Assembly: GCA_964016885.1 (NCBI GenBank)
Contig: OZ024746.1
Location: forward strand, 73,532,001-73,596,000
DNA: 64,000 bases
From: Eledone cirrhosa
Taxonomy: Eukaryota
Reading direction: 5' to 3'
In this document: piece by piece, positions 1 to 10,556 of the stretch
How the letters are laid out: every line of letters begins with the position of its first letter
How positions within the stretch are numbered: the stretch's first letter is position 1
Notes under the pieces: model-generated
Seen by the model: only the letters and a program-made list of their open reading frames with translations
Told to the model about the DNA's origin: nothing
The model's database searches: none
Made by a program: the position numbers and the translations under genes

Positions 1-149
1 TTCCTGTATATTTGATTTTGGGGGGGGATTGCAATGAACCATTCTATAGACTTGACTACTTAACACAAGAAAATAGACATGTACCTTTAACATAATCCTC
101 AGCCCAAAACAGTATGATAATTAAGTGACAATTACAGGTAGAGTCCATC

Positions 150-300
150 TGTCTCCCAGACAGTTTCCATCTACCCAATTTCCCTCACAAGGTTTGGGTC
201 AACTTCAGGCTATGATAAACAAAACTTGCCTGAGATGTTATCTTGTGGAATTAAATTTGAGATGGAATTGCAAAATGTTCTTAACCATTCAGACATGCTG
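150..300 (-). mobile_element. CORE-like tRNA-derived SINE, decayed; similar copies near 12280-12400, 15235-15350, 29280-29390, 44830-44970, 51160-51260
   Basis: Recurrent dispersed motif resembling the CORE domain (...gcaagtgtcttc..ctatagcc...) with a tRNA-like head; family name is inference. Confidence 0.45.
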
Positions 301-396
301 CTCTATTTATTGAATATGTTGCATTATTTATACTAAGTTATATATCCCTCTCATTTTTTCATTGATTATTTATTTTTAATTCTTAAATATTTCCAG

Positions 397-460
397 TCAT
401 CTAAATAATCAAGCTCTTCATTCATTAGTTGTCAAAGGTCAAGTGCAGGATATTGCCCAG
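397..460 (+). CDS. RARS2: Mitochondrial arginyl-tRNA synthetase, penultimate coding exon (gene starts before the window)
   Basis: ttccag acceptor and gtcagt donor; reads (S)HLNNQALHSLVVKGQVQDIAQ, resembling the RARS2 DALR anticodon-binding region (human, from memory: [22 protein letters not shown]); in phase with the next exon. Confidence 0.85.
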
Positions 461-1384
461 GTCAGTATTTTGAGTAAAACATTATTTTTATGCAATAAGG
501 TGCAATTTTTGTAAAAATTACCCCTTACGTTACCATATTTCTAATGAAAAACACTACCTATGATTTTCAAATTATTTTGAAAATAATCAAGAATTTGGAA
601 TGATTTAGTAATACAATTAACTCATAATATCCTATTCCAGTGATACACTGTATCCCTGCATATCATAAGAAGCAACAAGTGGTTAGTGTCAAGAAGAGTA
701 TCAGGCTGTAAAACATTGTCTTGAAAAGTCCCTTTCAACCCATGCCAACATGGAAAAGTCACTGTCAAATCGATGTAATGATTTAGTAGAAAACAACTTA
801 AAATGTGTTTGTTAATTCAAATATTTATAGTAGCTTTACTAGTGGACAGATTGTTGTAGAAAATTTACAGTGTTAGAATAATGACTTCAATTTTTAATGT
901 GATACTATCATAGTGCTGTTTTGTAGATTTTAAGAAAATCTACAAAACAGTTTCATGCAGTTTCGTGTGGTCCAGGATTTTACAAGTTAACTTTCTCAGT
1001 ATTAAGTGGGTGTTTGGAGCATAACTTAACATTGGTTCTTGCATAAAATAATGTTGGAATGTTTTTAAATAAATATAAATGCTTTAAAATTAACAATTGT
1101 ATATCATGGAATCAGGGGCTGTTTCAAGGCATTTGATATCAAAAGTGTTAGGGTACTAAATATCTGACAGTTTGGTTATGAGTACAAATTCTACAGTGAT
1201 TGCTATGTATCCCCAGACAAAATATATCCATCAATTGCCACAATCTAGCTACCAAACACACGTGCCTCTTCTTAGATGAGCATTTAATTCTAGGAAGGTC
1301 ATCTATGTATAAACAATTTCTTGTACAACACGCAAATTTCCAAACAGGCAAAATCCAATCTATCTATCTATATATATATTATAA

Positions 1385-1552
1385 AGGAAGACCATGAAAA
1401 ACATAGGCGGAGGTGGTGAGAGCAAACCTCAGATCGCTGAAGCTCACGGTGGAGATGACGAAGAACCGTGACAAATGGAGAGATGCTGTGCTGAATAGGA
1501 TCCGTCCCACCCTTGCAAGCAGGGAAAAGCGGACGTAAAATGATGATGATGA
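1385..1552 (+). mobile_element. RTE-clade LINE 3' fragment with (TGA)n tail; similar copy at ~7795-8150 (-)
   Basis: GRP.KT..EVVR..L......EMTKNRDKWRDAV C-terminal motif followed by gcagggaaaagcggacgtaaaatgatgatga tail. Confidence 0.7.
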
Positions 1553-2190
1553 GGATATTTGAGATGACACTGATATATATATATATGAGAAAGAGAGAAA
1601 GTGAAAGCCTTGTATCTGATTTAGATTTTGAGACAGCAACCTTTTCAGTCGCTACTTATGACATGCAGGGATACAGTTACAGTATCATCATCATCATTTA
1701 ACGTCTATTTTCCACGCTAGGAAATAGACATTAAATGATGATGATGACACTGTATCCCTGCATAAGTAGCGACTGAAAAGGTTAATGTCAGAAAGAGCAT
1801 TCAACCATAAAACATTGTCTCAAAAGGTCCCATCTAATCTGTGCCAGTATAGAAAAGTCAATGTAAAAACGATATCATCATCATCATCATCGTTTAACGT
1901 CTATCTTCCACGCTAACATGGGTTTAGACGATATATATATATATATCATTATCATGAATATTTTGGGGCCCACTCTCTTCTTCACTATTCTAATATTAAT
2001 CTGTGTCTACTACTACCCTCTAAACTCCAACTAGCTGCATTGAAAACATCAATCATACTTCACCTTTCTGTTAGTTTTCTCTCAATAGCCCTAGCAGCAA
2101 ATATGCTTCACCTCACTCCTGATTCATAAAAGGTTAACCAATACCTTGTGAGTAAAATTTGGTAAATAGAAACTGTGCAGAGACACAGCT

Positions 2191-2235
<45 letters not shown>

Positions 2236-2252
2236 TACATATATATATATAA

Positions 2253-2309
<57 letters not shown>

Positions 2310-2329
2310 AAAGGTAAACAGAAATAACA

Positions 2330-2650
2330 GCACAATTGGTACAGTAAATGAAAGGGATATATTAGGTTAACGCTTGATATAGCAGGAAGAGGGTCTTAAC
2401 GTTTCGGACGCTAGTCCTTCATCAGAAGAAAGAATGAGAAATAAGATAGATTCAGGGGACGGGCAGGTTGGAATTGGAAAAAAATGTCTTTAGATAAAAA
2501 TAACAGGTCCAATCATGTGTTTGTCTGTGTGTGTGCATCGCTAGATATGTGACATTTTTTGCGATGCATGGCATTGTTGGACATAGGCAAGTCCCTAGCA
2601 GGACTAAAAAGCCACATCCGTGATGCTCATGCTTAAAAATCAAGCAATGG
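2330..2650 (-). mobile_element. Penelope-like element remnant carrying a hammerhead motif
   Basis: CIAKNVTYL resembles the C..NV.Y motif before PLE GIY-YIG; hammerhead core at 2394-2429; embedded between (TA)n arrays. Confidence 0.55.
2394..2429 (-). ncRNA. Minimal type I hammerhead ribozyme (Penelope-associated)
   Basis: Minus strand TCTT-CTGATGA-A-GGAC-TAGC-GTCC-GAA-ACGT-T-AAGA: intact core, 4-bp stem II, palindromic stem III, 4-bp stem I. Confidence 0.7.
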
Positions 2651-2913
2651 CATTACTTGAAATTGAGTCGTGCCCATCATATATATATTTATGTATGTGT
2701 GTGTATATATATATATATATATAATGGAGGAGTTATGGTAAGGAACCAGATGGACCATAACGCACCAGAGTACTCAATACTTAGGGTAGTAGAGTGGGTA
2801 ATAGGAGAAAGTATGACCCCGATGGCAGAGCTCAAGCCTTTTTAGACAGCTATTTCTAATCCAGAAATAACCGTCGAAACAGCTTGAGCTCTGCCGTCGG
2901 GGTCATACTTTCT

Positions 2914-2954
<41 letters not shown>

Positions 2955-2981
2955 ACATTTATTTATTCATTTATATTTCAG

Positions 2982-3068
2982 GCTCGTCTTCTGCTGTTTC
3001 ATTCAACTCAAGAAATTCTCTCAAGTGGGCTCAGACTGATTGGTGTTCAACCTCTACAGAGTATGTGA
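2982..3068 (+). CDS. RARS2: Mitochondrial arginyl-tRNA synthetase, terminal coding exon
   Basis: tttcag acceptor; ARLLLFHSTQEILSSGLRLIGVQPLQSM*, the typical ArgRS C-terminus (ARL.L.....L..G..L.G..P...M*). Confidence 0.9.
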   Translation, partial: ARLLLFHSTQEILSSGLRLIGVQPLQSM

Positions 3069-3239
3069 ACTTGCTGTAATTTTTGTCTTTGGCTGCTGAA
3101 CTGGGAAGAAAAAAATTACCACACTCTTTAGCAATTTATAATGAAGATTTGTTGTTGTTTTTTGAAACACATGGAAAGTTTGTCTCCCTAGTGAGGCTAG
3201 TTCTAGCACTAAGAACAACAGCAACTATCTATCTATCCA

Positions 3240-3750
3240 TCATCAGCGTGCTGAACACTCCTTCACTCCAGTACCTTCCAGTAGGTTATCAATGTAATTT
3301 CTTTTCCTTCTTCCTGTTTGTATATATTTTTTATGGCTCCCACAGAACAAAATCACTTGTTATCTCCTCATGATGATGAACACAGTAACCTGTAAGCTTC
3401 ATTCTCCTCTCCCTGATTTTTTACATTACAGGTTGAAGCTGCTGATACAATTATCTGCTGGTTTTCCTTGAAACAGTAAGTGCGATGTGCAACATTCTTG
3501 TATAGCAACCATCAATTCTCTTCTTTAGTTCCTTTGTTATGCTCCATGCTTTTGATCTATACAAGAGAGCAGACTCCAGTGTTGCAATATAAAGCCTTTT
3601 TCTAAGCTTTCTGCTCATTCATGTTGTCTATAGCATCTTTAACTTTTGGCATGCTGACCTAGCAAATGCTTTTCTCACTTGAAAATTTTGGCAAGCATGC
3701 CAAAGAAAAGCGAAAACAACAACAATCTCTCACTGATGAAAGGAACCCCT
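3240..3750 (-). mobile_element. Decayed RTE-like LINE C-terminal fragment
   Basis: Minus strand GYCVHHHEEITSDFVLWEP...YIDNLLEGTG, with stops and frameshifts. Confidence 0.5.
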
Positions 3751-5923
3751 AAACAGGAAGGGCATCCAGCAAAAAAAAAAACATGTTAAAATGGAATGTA
3801 TGAGCATGATGTGGTCCCCAACCTGTCTAGGAGGGCAGTAATTCTGATTATGAACTGACTCAGGTTATGACAATCTGTCCAGCCTATGCCAGTGTATATA
3901 AAATAATGATGTTACAAGATATTCAGATTAGATGTAAAATATATATTTATTAAAGCTGTAGTTTTTTTGTCATCATCATTTTTGTTGTCATCTTGTAAAA
4001 GCTGCATTTATTAAAGCTGAAGTTATCATCATTGTCATCATCATCAACCTATATACTATTTTATATCTCTTTGCCTTTGATAATGACTGTGATGAAAATA
4101 ATGAGGATTGCAGTGATAGTGTTGATGATGATGATGATGAGGAGGAGGAGGAGCCTCAAGTAAAAGATTGTTAGACACATCTCAAAGGCTGTTTGCAAAA
4201 CTTTTCAAAACATCTTCCTGTTTTCATATTCTGCTTGGCTTGGATGACAGTAATGATAGCAACAACAGTAATATTGATGGTTATAGTGAGGGTATTGATG
4301 ATTGTGATGGTTATAGTGATAGCAGTGAATTTGCAGAGCCGTTAGAACATCAGATAGAATGCTTTGCAGTATTCGTTCCTGCCCTCTGCTCTCTGAGTTC
4401 GTATCCTGCTGAGGTCAACTTTGCATTTTATCCATTTGATGTTGATAAAAAAAGTACCAGTCTAGTACTGGGATCGATTCTTCCTCTATATCTCTCACTC
4501 TCTATCCTTCTCTGGAAGAAACCTGTATTCGGGCCTGGAGAAGAGGTGGGCTCTACCAGGTTTAAAAATGCCTTAGAAATGCTGTACATCAATACAGCAC
4601 CCTTACGACTCCCTCAGAACCATGCATGCAAATGAGGATGTTGAAGGTGATGGTTATAGTGCTGGCAATGAGGATGATGATCATGATCATGATGTTGGAG
4701 AGGACAATTATAATGTTATACATTTTTATTAAAATTTTTTAATTAATGCTTTCTTTGTTTCATTTCTATTTTTTTAAACCTTTCTTTTATGTTAAGGTAT
4801 TTCGAATATTGCTAACAGTAATATATCATTCCTAAACCTAACTATTCAATTGTAAATCATGAGTGAAACCTATTGGCAGACTGGCAAACTGTGGCATACA
4901 GAACTACAGTGTACCTTGCTAAAATAAGTTGTTTTTATACATATTTCATAAACTTCCATGAAGCAACTGCTGTATTTCTGTATACAATAATGAATATTTA
5001 CTTACTACATACATATATACCTGGGAGAATGAACATTCAATGATGATGATGAATATATATATATATATCATCATTTAACGTCCATTTTCCCTGCTAGCAA
5101 TGGTTTAACGAGTCAATTCTTAAGTGGAACTACTGTCCTCACAGATGGGCCAGGAGACACCTGAGCTGTTCAAGCACATTGTGGGATCGCATCTTGCTTA
5201 CAAAATGTTTTCACACTCCTCCAAGTACATTTAATCAAGGCACCAGCACTAAGGAGGGTTGTCATGTTTTTGACAGAAGTGATGAGTCCTCCTAAACCTT
5301 TGTTTGACAGGTTTTCTACAGCTGGATGCCCTTTCTTTCACCAACCACTTTACAGTGTGTACTAGGTGCATTTATCATGTAAATTACCAACACTAGGTTT
5401 GGTTGTCATGTCTTTCACACAACTGAAGAGTCCTTACTCTTTGTTTGGTGGGTTTTTTATGACCAGATGCCCTCCTTATCATTAACCACTTTACAGAGTG
5501 TATTAGGTATGTTTATCATGTGAATCACTAACACTAGTGAAATTGTCATGTCTATGGCACAGCTAAAGTCTTCTTGGCCCTTTGTTTGGCTGGTTTTCTA
5601 TGGCTGGATGCCCTTCATATCACCAACCACTTTTCAGGGCGCACAAGTTGTGTTTATAATGTAGATCACCAATATTAAAGAGGTTGCCATTTTGGCATTG
5701 TTTCTTCTGTGGAATGCTCTTCCCATCAACAACCAATTTACATGGCTCTCGGGAAGTTTTATCTTCACATGTATATATTATGGATGTACATTTCATCAAT
5801 GGAAAGATGGGATGGGCAGTCTTTGTAAAGAAAATATATACAATTCAGAGGAGGGTATGGTTTTAGCAAATAAAAATTTATATATAATAATGATTTAGAC
5901 ATTCACATAGACACCCATATATA

Positions 5924-6215
5924 CAGTGGAACCTTAGTTTACAAACAATTTTCTAAACATAAAACATCTCAGTTCATGAACAGTGTCTCGAGTAATGAAC
6001 ATGCAAGCTGGCAACAATGGTTGGCAAAAAGCTTGCAGTATTGGCAGGAAAGCGTCAATTGCTGTATAGTTAGTTACTACGGTGATATCTATCTGCCTTT
6101 CACACAGTCTCTCTCTCAATATTTTGTATGGGAAAAATAGTTTTGGTTTACGAATATTTCTGGGTGACGAACGGCCTTCAAGAACGAATTAAGTTTATGA
6201 AGTGAGGTTCCACTG
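5924..6215. mobile_element. Tigger/pogo-like MITE
   Basis: TIRs CAGTGGAACCT...AGGTTCCACTG flanked by TA on both sides. Confidence 0.8.
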
Positions 6216-6734
6216 TATACATATATACAAAAAAAAAAAAAAAGGAAAGGAGCCGATTGTTAGATTGGACCAATGAAACTTTTTCCATTGCTGATACTAT
6301 CTGCTGTTCGTTACTCCTCACAAGATGAGGTGGGATTTCAATTGAGAACACACACAACCAGATCAAATACTACAAAACAACCCATCAAATTTTTTAACAT
6401 AGTGTAATGATGGTAATTTTAATTTTATTAGTTATCCTCACTGTAAACATGGTTGGTGTTAGGAAGGGCATCCAGCCGTAGAAAACCCGCCAGACAGTCC
6501 TATACGAGCAGGACAACAAATCTTGCCTCAAGTGAGAAAACTCCCGTCCAAACCCATGGAAGATGGACGTTAAACGATGATAATGATGATCTATGTCACT
6601 GCATTCAGTAATATACAGACGTAATTTATAAGTACCATTATTATACAAAACATTACTAAGGATTCTGTATGGTCTGTTACAGAAAAGTCACAAAGGTGGT
6701 GGTGATTGCACTATCAGTTACCTTACTATTTCTA

Positions 6735-7745
6735 TCTCATCTCATCTCATCTGTCCCATAGTCTGGTGAACCGTTGGGGCACAACAGATGACCTGGTAAC
6801 CAGCTCCTTCCATTCCTCTCGCCTTCCTCATGGTTGCACCCAGCTTTATGCCTGTCCATTCCGGAATGTTGTCCTATCTCTTTCTCTGTCTGCCTCTCCT
6901 CCTCTCTCTTCATACTGTTTCCTACAGGACAATCTTTGCAAGTCCTGAAGATCTTGTCACGTACCCATACCATCTCAATTTGCGTTATTTCACAATAGTC
7001 AGTCGGTCTTCATAGGGCCTGATGGCTTGCCAAATTCCGTTTCGTACCTCCTTGTCATGAAGCTTTCTGAAGCATCTAATCTCCATAACCTGTATTCTTC
7101 TTTCCAAATCTGCTGTTATTATCCAAGACTCACAGGCATACAAGAATATGGATATGACCAGAGAGCACATCAGTCTGATTTTTGAGCTGAGGGCTATAGT
7201 TTTGTCATTCCAGATGGTCTTAATTAAGTTTTGTAAGTGCTGCTTGTGGTCTGGGCAGATATGGTGACTACTTCGAGTTTAGATCCTTCATCTGAAATGA
7301 TTACCCCCAAGTATTTGAAACTGTTGACACACTCTAGTTTCTCGCTGTTGACACTGATGTCAGTGCTGATGCTGTTGGTCATCACTTTTGGTCTTTTCTG
7401 CATGTTGCAGGCAGTAGAAGCCTTGTCAAGACGTTCCACTAGGCTCGCTAGCTCCTCCTTCCCTACTAGACCATCTATCTTGACGGCAAAATGCAAGTTA
7501 ATAACAGTCCTGCCACCAATGCTGACTGTCCCTTCATGGTCTTCCAGTGCGTCAGTCATAATTCTCCCTAAGATGTTGAAGAGAGCAAACAGCCTTGTCT
7601 TACTCCGACTGTGGTTCTGAACCAGTCCCCAACGCTGTTGTTTAAGTAGACTGCACTGGTAGCTTTGTCATATAGGCTCTGTATCACCCTGATCAAGTTA
7701 CCATTGATGTTGTACATCCTGATTGTGGCTCACAGTGCTGTGTTC
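6735..7745 (-). mobile_element. RTE (BovB-like) LINE reverse-transcriptase fragment, disrupted
   Basis: ORFs 7224-7559, 6985-7170 and 6737-6973: GTVSIGGRTVINLHFA, FKYLG, SIFLYACESW. Confidence 0.85.
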
Positions 7746-8753
7746 CAAACCCTGTCAAACACTACCTCAAATAATGCCACTGATTGCTAATTATCATCAT
7801 CCCCATTTTGTCTATAATTTCATGCTTGGTTGGGTTGGGCATGTCTTTTCTAGCACAGCATCCCTCCACTTGTCACTGTTCTTTGTCATCATCATGACTG
7901 TAAGATTCAATGATTCAAGATGAACTGTCATAATCACTTCCCAGCTCTTCTTTGAACTCTTATTGGGAATTCTTAGTACGTCTTCACAAATCACATGACC
8001 ATATAAGCAGTCATCTCTCCTGCACACTACATCTGATTCCTCTTATATCCAGTTTACCTGCTAATCCATGCACATTAGCATTGCATATCCATTGGAACAT
8101 GCTCACTTCATTTCTCTCTAGCCTTTGCCTATCCTCTGGATTTACTGCCATATCTCACAACATTGTCGTTAACATTTTTTTTAATATGTAAGGTGGTAGT
8201 GCCAGACTCATGATAAAATGTTCCTAGTACACACTGTAAAGTGGTTGGTGTTAGGAAGGTCATCCAAGCATAGAAACTATGCTCGCAGTACCTGCTGTAA
8301 AGTGGTTTGCGTAGGAAAGGCATCTAGCTGTAGGAACCATGCTCCCAGTATAAGCTGTAAAGTAAGTGGCACTAGGAAGGGGCATCCAGCTGTGGTGGTG
8401 GTGATGATGATGATATAAAAAATTAAGAATAGTATAAACGTTATTCAAATCAGATCTATTTTTGTTTTGAAAGAGATGTGTAAAGTTACTGTCCTTCAGA
8501 CATAATATTCCATTTACTTTGGTATTTTTATGTAGTTATAAGAAATACATTTCTTAATCATGCAGGTATATTTTTAGTTAAGTTATATAACAACAAATGG
8601 TGCTTTGTTATTTATTTCATGACAAACATTTACAAATGTAAGAAGGAACGATCTACCACTAAAATCTACGTCTCGTTACTCGCCTCAACGGCAGTGCCTT
8701 CACTACTGTTCAGTTCAATAACAAGTCTGCAGTAAAAGTCACTCCGTATTATT

Positions 8754-8937
8754 TTGGCAGTATCGGTAGAGGGTCGGGCGCCATGCTTTGACGCATAAAG
8801 TTACGGCTCTTTCCATTCTGAGTTCAAATCCCGCCGAGGTTAACTTTGCCTTTCATCCTTACGAGGTCGATAAAATAAAGTACCACCAATGCACTGGGTA
8901 ATTGTTGGCCTTGTGCCAAAAGTAGAAACAATTATTA
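8754..8937 (+). mobile_element. tRNA-derived Meta-like SINE, near full length
   Basis: A-box-like TGGCAGTATCGG, B-box GAGTTCAAATCCC, conserved core GCCTTTCATCCTT.CG.GGTCGATAAAATAAAGTACC; many copies in the window. Confidence 0.8.
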
Positions 8938-9043
8938 TAGACCACCCCTCTCCCCTTTGATTTCAGTGGGGGAAAAAAAAAACGTTTAAAAAGTGTTCTC
9001 CACGACCTTTTTTTTTTCGCGTGTTATCAACGAATATGTCCCC

Positions 9044-9462
9044 CAAACCAGCCGGAATCGACTAGCTTTGTAGAAAAAGGAAGAGGAAAGTTCCTATGGA
9101 GTTTCGCAGATCTACACCCCACTCTGGTTTGGTGGAAAATAATTATTTTTCTTCCGTTTTTTTCGTGTACCTCAACTAATAGGGCGTCAAAGATACTCGC
9201 AATCGATTTTTTTCCCTTGTATTAGAGTTAATGTTACGGTTTCGGGTTGGGGTTAGGGTAAGAGTTTAGGGTTTCCGTTTCTCGGGAAGAAAGTCGATTG
9301 TGAACATCTTGGAGGTCATATTAGTTGATAGCATGCGAAAAAAAAAAAGAAAAAACGGAAGAAAAATAACTTTTTCTCACAACGGGAAATGGGTGTAGAT
9401 CTGAAAACTCCGATGGTCTTCCGCCTTCTTTTTCTACAAAGCTAGTCGTTCGACTGATTTTG
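9044..9462. repeat. ~420-bp imperfect palindrome with degenerate TTAGGG-like core (possible MITE)
   Basis: Mirrored blocks: CGACTAGCTTTGTAGAAAAAG/CTTTTTCTACAAAGCTAGTCG, AGATCTACACCC/GGGTGTAGATCT, TTATTTTTCTTCCGTTTTTT/AAAAAACGGAAGAAAAATAA, TCAACTAAT/ATTAGTTGA. Confidence 0.8.
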
Positions 9463-9623
9463 ATCTTGGATCATCATTACCATCATTTAACGTCCACTTT
9501 CCCTGTTAGAAAGGGTTGAACTGGGGAACTTAGAACCTCTGGCGAAGGTAAGAAAAAATTCCAAATTTAGGGTACTGCTACTACACCATTCCGTATAAGT
9601 CTGAGCGCTGTAAACTATAATCA

Positions 9624-9960
9624 AGGATGGCAATAATTGTTTCTACTTTAGGCACAAGGCCAGCAATTGCCCAGTGCATTACTGGTACTTTATTTTATCG
9701 ACCCCGTAAGGATGAAAGGCAAAGTCAACCTCGGCGGGATTTGAACTCAGATCATGGCAATAATGATGGCAATAATTGTTTCTATTTTAGGCACAAGGCC
9801 AGCAATTATCCAGTACATTACTGGTACTTTATTTTATCGACCCCGTAAGGATGAAAGGCAAAGTTAACCTCGGCGGGATTTGAACTCAGATCATAAAGGG
9901 ACGTAACTCTATGCTTCAAAGCATGGTGTCCGACTCTCTACCGATACTGCCAATCCACCA
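9624..9960 (-). mobile_element. Tandem pair of Meta-like SINEs (truncated 9624-9752, full 9766-9960)
   Basis: Two consecutive near-identical reverse-complement copies of the 8754-8937 SINE. Confidence 0.8.
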
Positions 9961-10110
9961 ATGCGACCATGTTAGAGTGTGGCGTGCAGTTAAACGAAGG
10001 CGCAAGAGACGTATATTTCACTTAAGCGGTAAACTAAGGTAGAATGTGTGATAATTAGACAATTCCATTAGAAATATGGTAATGAAAGGGTTAAGTAATC
10101 ATATTGATGG

Positions 10111-10294
10111 CCTCCCTACAGCCCCAGCGGACAAAATGGAGAAGGCGTTTCCCCGGCGGGTGGTAAGGTAGATGCGCTGGAAGAACCATTCCAACTGGCG
10201 AGGCTCTCACCTGCGGCTGGCCATCTCAGCGCCTATGGTGGTGAATAGGGAGGTAGCCCTAGAGCCGAGGACACCAGAAGTCTCCACTGCCAAG
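10111..10294 (-). mobile_element. CRE/NeSL-type non-LTR retrotransposon, restriction-like endonuclease C-terminal remnant
   Basis: LAVETSGVLGSRATSLFTTIG...*EPRQLEWFFQRIYLTTRRGNAFSI fits the AVET.G...FQR.....RGNA terminal pattern; GC-rich island. Confidence 0.7.
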
Positions 10295-10369
10295 TTGTCA
10301 ACCAAATCCATGCATTAGGGATTAGAATCTGGCAAAAATAATGAATAATCCGAATGAAACGTTTTCAAA

Positions 10370-10556
10370 ATAATTGTTTCTACGTTAGGCACAAGGCCAG
10401 CAATTACCCAGTGCATTACTGGTACTTTATTTTATCGACCCCGTAAGGATGAAAGGCAAAGTTAACGTCGGCGGCATTTGAACTCAGAATGGCAAGGGCC
10501 GTAACTCTATACGTCAAAGCATGGCGTCCGACCCTCTCCCAATACTGCCAATCCAG
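10370..10556 (-). mobile_element. Meta-like SINE; further copies at ~4320-4480, 11435-11570, 15405-15572, 27908-28080, 28360-28565, 28590-28800, 42095-42250, 42880-42990, 49880-49955, 56675-56862, 58360-58552
   Basis: Same core and tRNA-like head as 8754-8937. Confidence 0.8.

Noticed and set aside
3432-3475. Exon-like segment (cag...gtaagt) downstream of the RARS2 stop, reachable from a gtatgt at 3061
   Set aside because: Lies in an antisense LINE remnant and would only change the C-terminus from QSM* to QS*, removing the conserved terminal Met; no supporting evidence
4168-4635. 155-aa ORF
   Set aside because: Read-through of a (GAT)-rich tract and a SINE (AEVNFAFYPF is the SINE core in translation)
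5100-5700. Regularly recurring ~110-120-nt units (tggatgccc...caaccactttacag...) that superficially resemble a CRISPR array
   Set aside because: Degenerate tandem copies of the LINE/SINE tail; the intervening segments are homologous to each other, the context is eukaryotic, and there are no cas genes
8754-8840. tRNA-like A and B boxes
   Set aside because: SINE head; no cloverleaf and continues into the repeated SINE body
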